Source: Methanothrix sp.
GTDB lineage: Archaea; Halobacteriota; Methanosarcinia; Methanotrichales; Methanotrichaceae
Assembly: GCA_023229165.1 (NCBI GenBank)
Contig: JALNZQ010000001.1
Location: 1-41,347 of the forward strand
DNA: 41,347 nt
Direction of reading: 5' to 3'
A program made the position numbers and the translations under genes. Of the stretch, positions 9,617 to 18,816 are shown piece after piece; the first letter of the stretch is position 1; every line of letters begins with the position of its first letter. The notes under the pieces are model-generated. The model did not search any database. It was not told the origin of the DNA and saw only the letters and a program-made list of their open reading frames with translations.

Positions 9617-11809
9617 GTGCATTCATGGATTGGGGCCTCTCTTTGCCAGTCAATGCCATTTGCCTCTCTTGAGGGGGTATATTCAGTGAGACGAATTCAA
9701 GCTAGGTTTAAGTTTTGCGAATGTGTCCCAGGGGTAAAACAGATCATACTCCTGTTGTTAGTGCTGGTCGCATTGGCTAGTAATGCCGCTGCGATCGATG
9801 ATGGTAAACCTGCTGAGAACTTTTCTGATAACCACTACGATTTCAGGATAGTACAGGGCTGGCTGGCTATGGAGGATGGTGTTCGCCTGTCAGTCACTTA
9901 TTACCTTCCTGTGGCCCGATCGCCGGACGAGAAGTTTCCTGTGATCCTTGAGATGCATCCCTACAGAAAAGATGACGATTTCTACATCGGCGATTACGAT
10001 TACTATACATTCTTTGCCCGGCATGGCTATGCCACAGCACGGGTAGATGTGCGCGGCACCGGATCCTCTGAAGGGGAGACTGTGCCACATGAGTATTCAC
10101 CCATCGAGCTCTCCGACGGCGAGGAGGTCATTGCTCAGTTAGCCCGACTCCAATGGTGCAACGGCAACGTTGGTATGCTTGGCATATCCTGGAGTGCCAA
10201 CAATGCCATCATGCTGGCGTTGAGAAATCCACCTGCCCTCAAGGCCGTCATCGTGGCCCACATGAGTGACGATTTATTTCACGACCATGCTCAATACATT
10301 GACGGCATCAAGCAGGTGAATGAGTATGAGGCTTACATGGAGGGCTACAACATCATGCCACGCTCTCCAGATTACAGTCTGGACGAAGATTACTTCCGCA
10401 ACCGTTTTGATGCTTACCCATGGTTCCTGACGAACCTCAAGCATCAGCGAGAAGATTCTTTCTGGAAGAACGAATCAGCACGCTACCGCTACGATGAACT
10501 GCACATACCTGTGTATATCCTCGGAGGGCTGCTGGACGGCTATCGGGATTCAGTCACCCGAGTTTTGGAAGGATCAAAGGGTCCCGTGCGCGCGGAGATC
10601 GGGCCTTACAATCACGCCTTCCCGGATTACGGTGTGCCGGGTCCTAACTACGAGTGGCGTTACGATGCCCTGCGCTGGTTTGACCGCTGGCTGAATGGAG
10701 CGAAAAACGGCATCGAAGATGAGCCGTGCTTCAAGGTTTTTGTGCGAGCGGGCAATCCGCCCGATCCTAATATGATAACAACGCCAGGAGAATGGCGCTA
10801 CGAGGACTGGCCCATCAACAGGACCAAGTGGACTAAGTTCTATCCTTCTGCGGGTGGAGTGCTCTTAACGGACAGTAGTTTGGCTACGGTTGACGGGCTG
10901 AAGTTCCAGTCAGGATCGGGGATCGAGGCATCAGGGCTTCGATTCTGGTGGGGAGAATCATCAGAGAACGTGGCTTCATCCGATAAGAGTGCACTTGTCT
11001 ACGACTATACTGTCCTAAATCAATCGCTTGAGATCATAGGTTACCCTGAGGTCACGTTGCATACTGCTACAGATGCCTCGCTTGCCAACTGGATCGTCAG
11101 GTTAGAGGATGTGCAGCCCGATGGGAACGTGACACTGGTGACTGGAGCAGCACAGTGTGGTGCACAGCGAAACTCGTCTCGCGATCCTGAGGCACTGGTG
11201 CAGGGAACATTCTACAATCTGTCCTTCAAGCTCCACTTCACCACCTGGACCTTTCAGCCCGGGCATAAGATCCGAGTAGCCATCACCAACGCTCAATTCC
11301 CGTCCTTCTGGCCGACACCCTATGCGATGACAATGAAGCTCAAAATAGGGGAGAGAGGAACTTCTATCAAATTGCCGGTCGTTCCTTTCCAGGAGCGTCC
11401 GGTTCCTAAACACCTGCCACCAGAAGTCACTCAGATGCCCCCTGATGCCGTATCACTGCCAGGCGGCGGTGACCCAATCTACACACTCGTATCCCGAAAT
11501 TCCGACACGGGCATGGTTTGTGTTGAGCAGAAGAGCGAGCACTACTTTACGGTAAAGGACCGCTCCTATTACCAAATGGACTGGCGCTATTACGAGACCA
11601 ACGAACGCAATCCTGCAGATACTCGATTCATTGGAACGTCCGAGGGCAAGGTGACTATGAAGGATCGATCTGTCATGCATCGAACCACCACAGATATGCA
11701 GTCCTCAGTCGAGAACTTCCATGTTGTGATCACACGCAGGATCTACGAGAACGACACATTGTTACGAGAGAAGGTCTTCGACGAGGTAATCCCAAGGGAT
11801 TTCCAGTGA
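9617..11809 (+). CDS. Secreted CocE/NonD-family alpha/beta hydrolase (peptidase S15); start uncertain
   Basis: DGVRLS, PYRKDD, DVRGTGSSEG, nucleophile GISWSA, GPYNH. A signal-peptide-like KQIILLLLVLVALASNAAA lies about 40 codons into the ORF. Confidence 0.88.
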   Translation: MHSWIGASLCQSMPFASLEGVYSVRRIQARFKFCECVPGVKQIILLLLVLVALASNAAAIDDGKPAENFSDNHYDFRIVQGWLAMEDGVRLSVTYYLPVARSPDEKFPVILEMHPYRKDDDFYIGDYDYYTFFARHGYATARVDVRGTGSSEGETVPHEYSPIELSDGEEVIAQLARLQWCNGNVGMLGISWSANNAIMLALRNPPALKAVIVAHMSDDLFHDHAQYIDGIKQVNEYEAYMEGYNIMPRSPDYSLDEDYFRNRFDAYPWFLTNLKHQREDSFWKNESARYRYDELHIPVYILGGLLDGYRDSVTRVLEGSKGPVRAEIGPYNHAFPDYGVPGPNYEWRYDALRWFDRWLNGAKNGIEDEPCFKVFVRAGNPPDPNMITTPGEWRYEDWPINRTKWTKFYPSAGGVLLTDSSLATVDGLKFQSGSGIEASGLRFWWGESSENVASSDKSALVYDYTVLNQSLEIIGYPEVTLHTATDASLANWIVRLEDVQPDGNVTLVTGAAQCGAQRNSSRDPEALVQGTFYNLSFKLHFTTWTFQPGHKIRVAITNAQFPSFWPTPYAMTMKLKIGERGTSIKLPVVPFQERPVPKHLPPEVTQMPPDAVSLPGGGDPIYTLVSRNSDTGMVCVEQKSEHYFTVKDRSYYQMDWRYYETNERNPADTRFIGTSEGKVTMKDRSVMHRTTTDMQSSVENFHVVITRRIYENDTLLREKVFDEVIPRDFQ

Positions 11810-11850
11810 ATATGGGCTTTGCAAAATGCCACCTTGTAAATCCCTGCCCA

Positions 11851-12044
11851 TTATCCCTTCATCATCCCCACGAGCTTCGTCGCCTCCACCAGCCCGTATC
11901 CGCCCCGCTGCGCTGCCTGCTCATCGAAGCTCTCCACCCCGTCCGGTTCCACTCCAGCGCCCGCAATGGTGAAGGGCACAGGATCGCGGCTGTGCGTCCT
12001 GATGGAAATTGGCGTAGCATGGTCGGGCAGGAGAAGCACGCGCC
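11851..12044 (-). pseudogene. Orphan, diverged copy of the apgM 3' end (direct repeat of 14251-14447)
   Basis: RVLLLPDHATPISIRTHSRDPVPFTIAGAGVEPD... versus apgM RVLLLPDHATPISIKTHSCDPVPFTIAGAGVEPD; similarity ends abruptly at 12044/14447. Confidence 0.92.
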
Positions 12045-12158
12045 TGGCTAATGGCTTATCCATTCATCGGTTAAGGAAGATGCTGGTTGCAGCAGAACGC
12101 CGGAGAACCTCATCGCATGAATCTCATAGCATCTCTTCAGTCTCCGATCTATTTTTCT

Positions 12159-12326
12159 ATGGCTGGCACTGTGAAGGAGATTATTGCGCCTATTTGTGAA
12201 GAAACCGAGGAGGACATCAAAGCTCTCCTGAAAGGTACAGATGTAGCATGGGCGCAGTACAAGCGATGTCATGGAACGCAAGTTACCAGCACCAAGAAAC
12301 TAGATGAGTTTCTAGACAGCCTCTAA
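12159..12326 (+). CDS. Small putative antitoxin (55 aa)
   Basis: Lies directly upstream of a RelE-like gene; acidic C-terminus LDEFLDSL is typical of such antitoxins. Confidence 0.55.
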   Translation: MAGTVKEIIAPICEETEEDIKALLKGTDVAWAQYKRCHGTQVTSTKKLDEFLDSL

Positions 12327-12337
12327 GCAATTTTCAT

Positions 12338-12661
12338 ATGGTCCGGAAAATAAGTCTTAGCAAGCCAAAGCCAGATCAGGCCACCACAGAGAATCCATAT
12401 AGCGTGTTCTTTCCAGACGATGTCAAGAATCAACTATCTCGTATAAAAAAGAAAGATAGTGTGCTGTTCGAACAGCTTAGGAAGCGTTTTAAAAAGCTTC
12501 GCACTAATCCGGAATGTGGCGAGGTCTTAAGTCACGACAAGACTGGCCATAGAGATGTTCATGTCAAGGACCACTGGGTTATCATTTAAAGGACGGATTA
12601 CAGCGCTAAAGCTATCGTCATCGTTAAAATTGGAACTCACGAAAAAGCATTGGGTAGATGA
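12338..12661 (+). pseudogene. RelE/YafQ-like mRNA interferase with an in-frame TAA at 12587-12589
   Basis: YSVFF..., NPECGEVL, HRDVHV..HWVII-TAA-RTDYSAKAIVIVKIGTHEKALGR-TGA; the RelE-type C-terminus continues past the stop. Confidence 0.75.
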
Positions 12662-12869
12662 GAAAGAGACGCCTCAAAGTCGGTTTTAGCGCCATATTTT
12701 AGAGAGGTAAGATGTCACAGAGCTGTTCTCCCCTGCGTCACACCACATCAGGCGACCGCAGGAAAGCCCTGCAAAAGGCCGTCCGCCCACACGGTCTGGG
12801 CCCAGGGTGCGGGAACGGCAGCAAGGAGAGGCGGATGTGGCACTGGCGAAGGCCGAGCCCCTCAATGTG

Positions 12870-13185
12870 CATGAATATGCTAATCAAAAGTGCTGTTAAG
12901 GGCAACGGATCTGGCTATGTGGCCGTCTATGTGTCAGCTTTCGACGAAATCGTCACCATCTTATCTCAGGCTGCGGACGACCCAGTGTTCTCTTCTGTCA
13001 GATGGTACGGCAACGATCTTACTAATGTGGCAGTAAGTCAGAATAAGACGGCGGCAGAGTTTGCGTTTTCTGTGCATTTCCTCTCTCCGGTAATCGGGGG
13101 AATGTGCGGACCCAAATACGAGCAAATCAAGAAAGCAATTTTCAATGCTACACAAAAAGTCGAAAATAGAGAAAAATTTAAATAA
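12870..13185 (+). pseudogene. Fragment of an ABC-type (branched-chain family) substrate-binding protein; boundaries approximate
   Basis: AVYVSAFDEIVTILSQA..DPVFSSVRWYGND resembles an internal segment of this family; the ORF's N-terminal part looks unrelated. Confidence 0.45.
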
Positions 13186-13208
13186 ACGCATGCCGTGACT
13201 TATTATCT

Positions 13209-14156
13209 ATGGAAGCGATTAAATGTATTTTTTGTAATAAATCAAGCGATGATGTAGTCATTGAGGAGAACGGGTTTAAGGGCAGGAAATGTCCAGAATG
13301 CGGATTAATATTCATATCTCCTCGGCCAACTCAGGCCGAAATCATAGGTATCTATGCCAGGAATATAACTTATGCCAGGTCACACAGGAGCAACGACTAT
13401 GCCGGCAGGCTGACTGCTAGGAACAATCTCGAAATAATCAAAAGATTTAAAGAAAATGGCTCTTTGTTGGAGATAGGATCCGGTTCCGGGTACTTTTTGG
13501 ATGAAGCCAGAAAAGCAGGCTATAGCGTATGCGGCATAGAGTTGAACGAATACGAAGCTGAATCTATTAATAAAACTTTTAATATACCTTGTGATAATAC
13601 GCCACTAAGCAACAGCTCCTTTGGAGACAAGAAGTTCGATATCATCTATCATCGCGATGTTTTCAGCCATTTGTACGATCCGATATCGGTTTTTGCCACC
13701 ATGAACAGCAAGCTAAATGACGATGGCATTTTGGCATTCGAGACAGGAATCCTGGGTGATGCGGATCTGAAATATTTCAGCTATATCAACTACTTCGAAT
13801 ATCCTGGCCATCTTTTTTTCTTGAGCAGAGCAAGCCTGAAAAAGCTTCTTGCCAGGACGGGGTTTGAATTGCAGGAATTGTTCGTCTACTCCCTGATTCC
13901 GAAGTTGCTCTTCAGAAAGCTGACTGATCCTATAATAAATAAATTGAATCGCAGAGCCGGGGCAAACAACGAAGCCACCGAGCAGCCGTCCAGTTCAAAC
14001 GCGGCGTTCCATGATTCGAATTCCGGACTCTTTAATTTATTAAAAAAAACATACCTTTTCCTGGACTTCTTCGCATGCTATAAGATTGGGATGATGGTGC
14101 CAAAAGATAGAAGGCCGCAGACTTGCATCATAATCGCGCGAAAGTGCGATTCATGA
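13209..14156 (+). CDS. Class I SAM-dependent methyltransferase with an N-terminal CxxC/CxxC motif
   Basis: CIFC...CPECGLIFISPRP, LLEIGSGSG, FDII, HLFF; more AT-rich than the flanks. Confidence 0.88.
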   Translation: MEAIKCIFCNKSSDDVVIEENGFKGRKCPECGLIFISPRPTQAEIIGIYARNITYARSHRSNDYAGRLTARNNLEIIKRFKENGSLLEIGSGSGYFLDEARKAGYSVCGIELNEYEAESINKTFNIPCDNTPLSNSSFGDKKFDIIYHRDVFSHLYDPISVFATMNSKLNDDGILAFETGILGDADLKYFSYINYFEYPGHLFFLSRASLKKLLARTGFELQELFVYSLIPKLLFRKLTDPIINKLNRRAGANNEATEQPSSSNAAFHDSNSGLFNLLKKTYLFLDFFACYKIGMMVPKDRRPQTCIIIARKCDS

Positions 14157-14250
14157 TCAGGCCGGATGGCATGCTGGCGCGAGGGTGACAAACGCGCAAT
14201 ATGCATTGCTAACCGCGATATGTTCGACAGCCATTTGACGAAATAGGTTT

Positions 14251-15429
14251 TCAATCCTTGCTCATCATCTCTACCAGCTTCGTCGCCTCCACCAGTCCAT
14301 ATCCGCCCTGCTGCGCTGTCTGCTCGTCGAAGCGCTCCACCTCGTCCGGTTCCACTCCAGCGCCCGCAATGGTGAAGGGCACAGGATCGCAGCTGTGCGT
14401 CTTGATGGAAATGGGCGTGGCATGGTCGGGCAGGAGGAGCACGCGCCAGTCCTCTCCGCTCTTTTGCAGCCCTTCCACCACCGGGCCGACTACCAGCTCA
14501 TCGAAAAGCTCAATGGCTCTCACCTTCAGCTCAGTGTTGCCCTCGTGGCCCATCTCATCCGGGGCCTCGACGTGCAGATAGACAAAATCCAGGTGCTTTA
14601 GTGCTTCCAGAGCTGCCTGCACCTTTCCCTCGTAATTGGTATCGATGTTGCCCGTGGCTCCAGGAACGTCAACGACCTGCATCCCAGCGTACCTGCCGAT
14701 GCCTTTGAGCAGGTCCACGGCGCTGATCATGGCTCCTTTCAGGCCGTACTTTTCGGTAAAGGAGGGCATGGTTGGTGCCGGGCCCTGCCCCCACAGCCAT
14801 ATGGCATTAGCTGGGTGCTTGCCCTCAGAAATGCGCTTTTTGTTCACGGGATGGCTGGCCAGGACGGGCCCTGCAGCCTCCATGAGCCGCGTGAGCAGCT
14901 CGCTGTCAGGGCCGCGGGGCAGATGCTCTGCTACGGGCTGGTCGCTGATGTCGTGGGGAGGGGTGCAGAGCGCTTTCGCTCCTGCCTTCAAGACAAGAAG
15001 ATTTCTGTAGCTCACGCCGGCGTAGAGCCGCCGCTCTGGCATCAACGGCTGCAGCGCCTCGATCAGCTCGCGGCTCTCTTCGGTGGTGATGTGCCCGGCG
15101 CTGTAGTCCAACATGACGCCGCCCTCAACTGTCACAAAATTGCAGCGAAAGGCGATGTCGGCTGGGCCGAGAGCGACGTTCATGGCCGCCGCCTCAAGAG
15201 GCGCGCGACCGGAGTAGTGCTGGGTGGGCGAATAGCCCATGACTGAAAGATTGGCCACATCGCTTCCCGGTGCAAATCCTTCGGGAACTGTCTGGGCCAG
15301 GCCATTGCGGCCCTGCTTCGCTAAAAGGTCCATGTTGGGCTTTTTGGCCGCCTGCAAAGGCGTCTTGCCTTGCAGGGCGTCTAGCGGCAGGTCTGCCATG
15401 CCGTCGCCTAAGAGAACTACGAGCTTCAT
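14251..15429 (-). CDS. apgM: Cofactor-independent phosphoglycerate mutase (archaeal type)
   Basis: GDGMAD, TPLQAA, GSDVANL, GRAPLEA, HVEAPDEMGH, PDHATP. Confidence 0.93.
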   Translation of the reverse strand: MKLVVLLGDGMADLPLDALQGKTPLQAAKKPNMDLLAKQGRNGLAQTVPEGFAPGSDVANLSVMGYSPTQHYSGRAPLEAAAMNVALGPADIAFRCNFVTVEGGVMLDYSAGHITTEESRELIEALQPLMPERRLYAGVSYRNLLVLKAGAKALCTPPHDISDQPVAEHLPRGPDSELLTRLMEAAGPVLASHPVNKKRISEGKHPANAIWLWGQGPAPTMPSFTEKYGLKGAMISAVDLLKGIGRYAGMQVVDVPGATGNIDTNYEGKVQAALEALKHLDFVYLHVEAPDEMGHEGNTELKVRAIELFDELVVGPVVEGLQKSGEDWRVLLLPDHATPISIKTHSCDPVPFTIAGAGVEPDEVERFDEQTAQQGGYGLVEATKLVEMMSKD

Positions 15430-15521
15430 CAAAGCTTTCCATTCTAGAAAATAGTATTAATCGTCTTCGTCTGAATCTCGCGTGAAGCCGCAAAGAAGCC
15501 ATGGTCGCCGGCCTCAAGCAG

Positions 15522-16172
15522 CTATTTCTTCTTTCTCTTGGCCGCCTCGGCCTCACGGGCGTTGATCTCCGCCAGATGCTTGTTCAAAACCTTGGCCAGC
15601 GTGTTGAGCTTGACTCTGGTACAGGTAGCACCGCGCGTTATGCCGGTTACGATATCCACTACCTCGCCTTTGGTTTCCGTCTTCTGGTGGGCGGGCTTGA
15701 CGGTGCGTGTCCTGATTCCTTCCTTGGCAAAATCCTCCATATCCATGGGACACTGCGCCACCACTACCACGGGAATATTTACCTGCGCCAAAACCTCCTT
15801 GGCCTTGTGGATGACGTGAGATCGCACATTGCCCAGATGTAAAACAGCAATCTTATGGCGCGCCACCTGTTCCAGCTCCCTCTCGTTCAGCCCGAAGGTT
15901 GGGCCGTAGCCTCGCGAAGCCTGGGGAAAGCTCTCCGGAACTCCGGTTCCTGCCTCCAAAACCAGTACGCTGGTCTGAATTCCCTCCCGGCGCAGTCCGT
16001 AGGTCATCTCGCAAACGGGTTTGGTGATGTGACGCCGCCCTGGTGACATGGCTATGGCGATCACATCCGGCTTTGTCGCCTCAGAGAGCGTGCCCCTCTG
16101 GGCCAGCCCGCCACCTTTGGCCAGGCCCATGCTCTCCCGGCAATCCACCACCTGAGTTGCCCTGCCAATCAT
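15522..16172 (-). CDS. mcrC: Methyl-coenzyme M reductase operon protein C
   Basis: MIGRATQVVDCRESMGLAKGGGLAQRGT, MSPGRRHITKPVCE. The true start is ATG 16172; the track's extension overlaps dph5. Confidence 0.92.
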   Translation of the reverse strand: MIGRATQVVDCRESMGLAKGGGLAQRGTLSEATKPDVIAIAMSPGRRHITKPVCEMTYGLRREGIQTSVLVLEAGTGVPESFPQASRGYGPTFGLNERELEQVARHKIAVLHLGNVRSHVIHKAKEVLAQVNIPVVVVAQCPMDMEDFAKEGIRTRTVKPAHQKTETKGEVVDIVTGITRGATCTRVKLNTLAKVLNKHLAEINAREAEAAKRKKK

Positions 16173-16271
16173 GCTGCTTATTTGCGGTGGGATGGAATAT
16201 AGACCTGACGAATAGACTCGGCCGAAGGATAAGTGGTAGCGTTTATAAACTGGAAAAATGAGGAAATTGCT

Positions 16272-17075
16272 ATGCTCATCTTCATTGGTCTTGGGCTCTA
16301 CGACGAGCGGGATATCTCCGTCAAAGGCCTGGATGCGATTCATGCCGCTGACGTGGTTTATGCTGAGTTTTACACCTCCCGGCTGATGGGGGTGGCTTTT
16401 GAGACGCTGGAGGCATTCTATGGCAAAAAGATCAACCTTCTCTCTCGCTCGCAGGTGGAGGTGGACCCCTCCTGGATGGGGGATGCCATGGATAAAGACG
16501 TGGCCTTCCTGGTGGGGGGCGATGCCATGGTCTCCACCACTCATCTGGACCTGCGGCTGCGAGCGGCAAAGATGGGCATCAAGACGCGGGTGATTCACTC
16601 TTCCTCCATTGTTACTGCGGTATCGGGGCTTTGCGGCCTGCAAAACTACCGGTTCGGCAGGTCCACGACCATTCCCTTTCCCTACATTTCCCGGGGCAAG
16701 CGCATAATTCCCGAGACGCCCTACCTGGTTTTAAAGGAGAACCTGGAGCGCAATTTGCATACCATGCTCTTCCTGGATATCCAGAGCGATTTTGGCGAGA
16801 GATACATGACCGTAAACGAAGGCGCCGCGCTGCTCCTGGAGATGCAGGAGGCTGCGGGCGAGAATATCCTGGATGAAATTTTAGGCATAGGCATTGCCCG
16901 AGCGGGCTCGGATGATGCCACGGTGAAAGCTGATCTTCTTGCTCGTCTGCAAAGCTACGACTTTGGCGGACCCTTGCATATCCTGATAGTTCCCGCCAGG
17001 CTGCATTTCATGGAGGCGCAGGCCCTAACGGAATTAGCAGGCGCGCCTGAAGATACTGTAAAATGCATAGACTGA
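16272..17075 (+). CDS. dph5: Diphthine synthase
   Basis: [50 protein letters not shown]. Confidence 0.95.
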   Translation: MLIFIGLGLYDERDISVKGLDAIHAADVVYAEFYTSRLMGVAFETLEAFYGKKINLLSRSQVEVDPSWMGDAMDKDVAFLVGGDAMVSTTHLDLRLRAAKMGIKTRVIHSSSIVTAVSGLCGLQNYRFGRSTTIPFPYISRGKRIIPETPYLVLKENLERNLHTMLFLDIQSDFGERYMTVNEGAALLLEMQEAAGENILDEILGIGIARAGSDDATVKADLLARLQSYDFGGPLHILIVPARLHFMEAQALTELAGAPEDTVKCID

Positions 17076-17144
17076 AAAGCTATTAATATGAATGATGCTG
17101 GATCAATTTGATGAAATTGATAGACGCAGGGGGCGCGCCCAGGA

Positions 17145-17492
17145 ATGAAGCTCGGATTAGTCACTGAGTTTGATGCTGCTCACAGCCTGCCCGGCTACCA
17201 GGGCAAGTGCGCCAATCTGCACGGCCACACCTACCAGGTGGAGATTGTGGTGGAGGGCGATGTGGGCGACGACGGCTTCGTCATGGATTTTTATCAGCTA
17301 AAAAAAATCATTGCCGAAGCATTGCAGGATCTGGACCACGGCTACTTAAATGATATTTTGCCAAACCCCACAGCCGAGACTATCGCCCAATGGATATCGG
17401 ATCGGCTGAAAAACGATATGGGCGGCACTGCCGTCCGGCTGCTCTCCTTGAAACTTTGGGAAGGAAAGAATAAATGGGTGATGATCGACTGA
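17145..17492 (+). CDS. queD: 6-carboxy-5,6,7,8-tetrahydropterin synthase
   Basis: FDAAH, KCANLHGHTY, MDF, LDH..LN, PTAE. Confidence 0.92.
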   Translation: MKLGLVTEFDAAHSLPGYQGKCANLHGHTYQVEIVVEGDVGDDGFVMDFYQLKKIIAEALQDLDHGYLNDILPNPTAETIAQWISDRLKNDMGGTAVRLLSLKLWEGKNKWVMID

Positions 17493-17495
17493 TTT

Positions 17496-17897
17496 CTATT
17501 GGGTCGCGGTCGTATCCCAGTTTTTAGTAGCTTCCGGATTGTCCTTCAGTTCCTTTATCCTGGCGGCGGCCTGCTCATCGTAATACTTCTTGTATTTTTC
17601 TTCTCGATCTTTCTTGCCCCAATCCGCTATTTTTCTGTCCAGGGCTTCGAACATGTACTTCTCGGCTGCCTTGACGGTTTCCATGTCTCCTCTCAGCACC
17701 AGGATCTCTCTGTCCATCACTTCACCGGTCATCTCCATTTTGCCCGGACGGCGGATCAGGTCCAGCTCGAAATTCTCGACTATCTCGCGGATTACTGAGA
17801 CAGGCATGCTCAAGGGGATCGCCAGGTCGTAAAGTCCTTTCAAATCTTCTGCGCTTTCTTTTGTGGGAGAGTCCATAAGTACCATGGTTAGAATCAT
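17496..17897 (-). CDS. Hypothetical protein
   Basis: Protein-like composition; fills the gap between queD and tRNA-Ile; start may be a few codons downstream. Confidence 0.7.
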   Translation of the reverse strand: MILTMVLMDSPTKESAEDLKGLYDLAIPLSMPVSVIREIVENFELDLIRRPGKMEMTGEVMDREILVLRGDMETVKAAEKYMFEALDRKIADWGKKDREEKYKKYYDEQAAARIKELKDNPEATKNWDTTATQ

Positions 17898-17995
17898 TCT
17901 TGCCTTGATTTAAGGTTGTCGAAGACTCAAAATCGATCTAGGGGCTATCGAAGGGAAACAGTTATTAATGGGATCATCAATGCAAAGTGCGGCTC

Positions 17996-18069
17996 GGGCC
18001 CGTAGCTTAGCCAGGTTGAGCGCACGGCTGATAACCGTGAGGTCACGCGTTCAAATCGCGTCGGGCCCA
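17996..18069 (+). tRNA. tRNA-Ile(GAT)
   Basis: Acceptor GGGCCCG/CGGGCCC, anticodon arm CACGG-CTGATAA-CCGTG, T-loop GTTCAAATC. Confidence 0.97.
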
Positions 18070-18079
18070 TTTTCCTATT

Positions 18080-18532
18080 TTAGTGAGATATTTCTCCATC
18101 TAGTGTCATGTTCATGACCAAGTCGAAGGGCAGGGCCTGACACCATCCCGCTTTCTCAAAGATGGACATGAAGCATACACCCATGAGCTTCTTGTATTTC
18201 ATTTTGCCCAGAAAATCTTTCATCTCAGCGGGCTTGACGCCTATTTTGGGCATGGCCATGCCCCCCAGGATTACAACAACATCCGCCTCCGCACTTGCTG
18301 CACTAGCCAGCTCCATTCCATATTCCGTGGCTACGATGCGCCGTGCTTTATCCATATTTAAGCCGGGCATAAATGCCAGCTCTTTTTCTCGCACCGGATA
18401 GCCCAGAAATAGGGCAAAGGGTGTGCAAAACCCTGGAGAGCCGATAAAAACGATCTTCTTGTCATCCTTCACCAGATCTCTAAATCCGTTCAGCATCCCG
18501 CCTAGGCCTTTTACGTCCTGTATCTTCTCCAT
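18080..18532 (-). CDS. DUF2124-family methanogen protein
   Basis: MEKIQDVKGLGGMLNGFR, GSPGFCTPFA, LGGMAMPK, GVCFMSIFEKAGW; start reassigned to ATG 18532. Confidence 0.8.
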   Translation of the reverse strand: MEKIQDVKGLGGMLNGFRDLVKDDKKIVFIGSPGFCTPFALFLGYPVREKELAFMPGLNMDKARRIVATEYGMELASAASAEADVVVILGGMAMPKIGVKPAEMKDFLGKMKYKKLMGVCFMSIFEKAGWCQALPFDLVMNMTLDGEISH

Positions 18533-18644
18533 TATCTTAGGATTGCATTTAGATAATATATATATTCTGTATGCCGGAAAATCGTCGCGGTTGGATTTGA
18601 TGGCATGCCCGATGCCTGCCGTGAAAAGACTCTGCGGTGCAAAA

Positions 18645-18684
18645 CTGCCGCGACAGGGCACTAAAGAATGCCCTGTCGCGGCAG
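18645..18684. repeat. Perfect 16-bp inverted repeat in a divergent intergenic region
   Basis: CTGCCGCGACAGGGCA-8 nt-TGCCCTGTCGCGGCAG. Confidence 0.9.
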
Positions 18685-18816
18685 GCAAAGCCAGATCTAT
18701 CCCGATGATGCAAAAACGAGCGGCTGGCAAAAATATTCCGGAAAAAGGAGCGCGTATATCGCGATCACGCCTGAGATGATTCAAAACGTTTATGAGGATA
18801 GAACTGTCACTTGGTC

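Noticed and set aside
9617-9740. N-terminal 40 aa of the CocE ORF as real protein
   Set aside because: The signal-peptide-like segment starts near GTA AAA CAG (~9734), so the upstream part is probably not translated; the true start cannot be resolved
3483-12589. Two in-frame TAA stops as evidence of stop-codon recoding
   Set aside because: TAA ends many intact genes here (purN, moaB, portal), the two sites imply different residues, and pyrrolysine uses TAG
16173-16643. Long N-terminal extension of McrC
   Set aside because: It overlaps dph5 on the opposite strand, and McrC similarity starts at MIGRATQ
18533-18784. N-terminal extension of the DUF2124 ORF and the antisense ORF 18423-18779
   Set aside because: They cross the TATA-like AT tract and the palindrome; chance open frames
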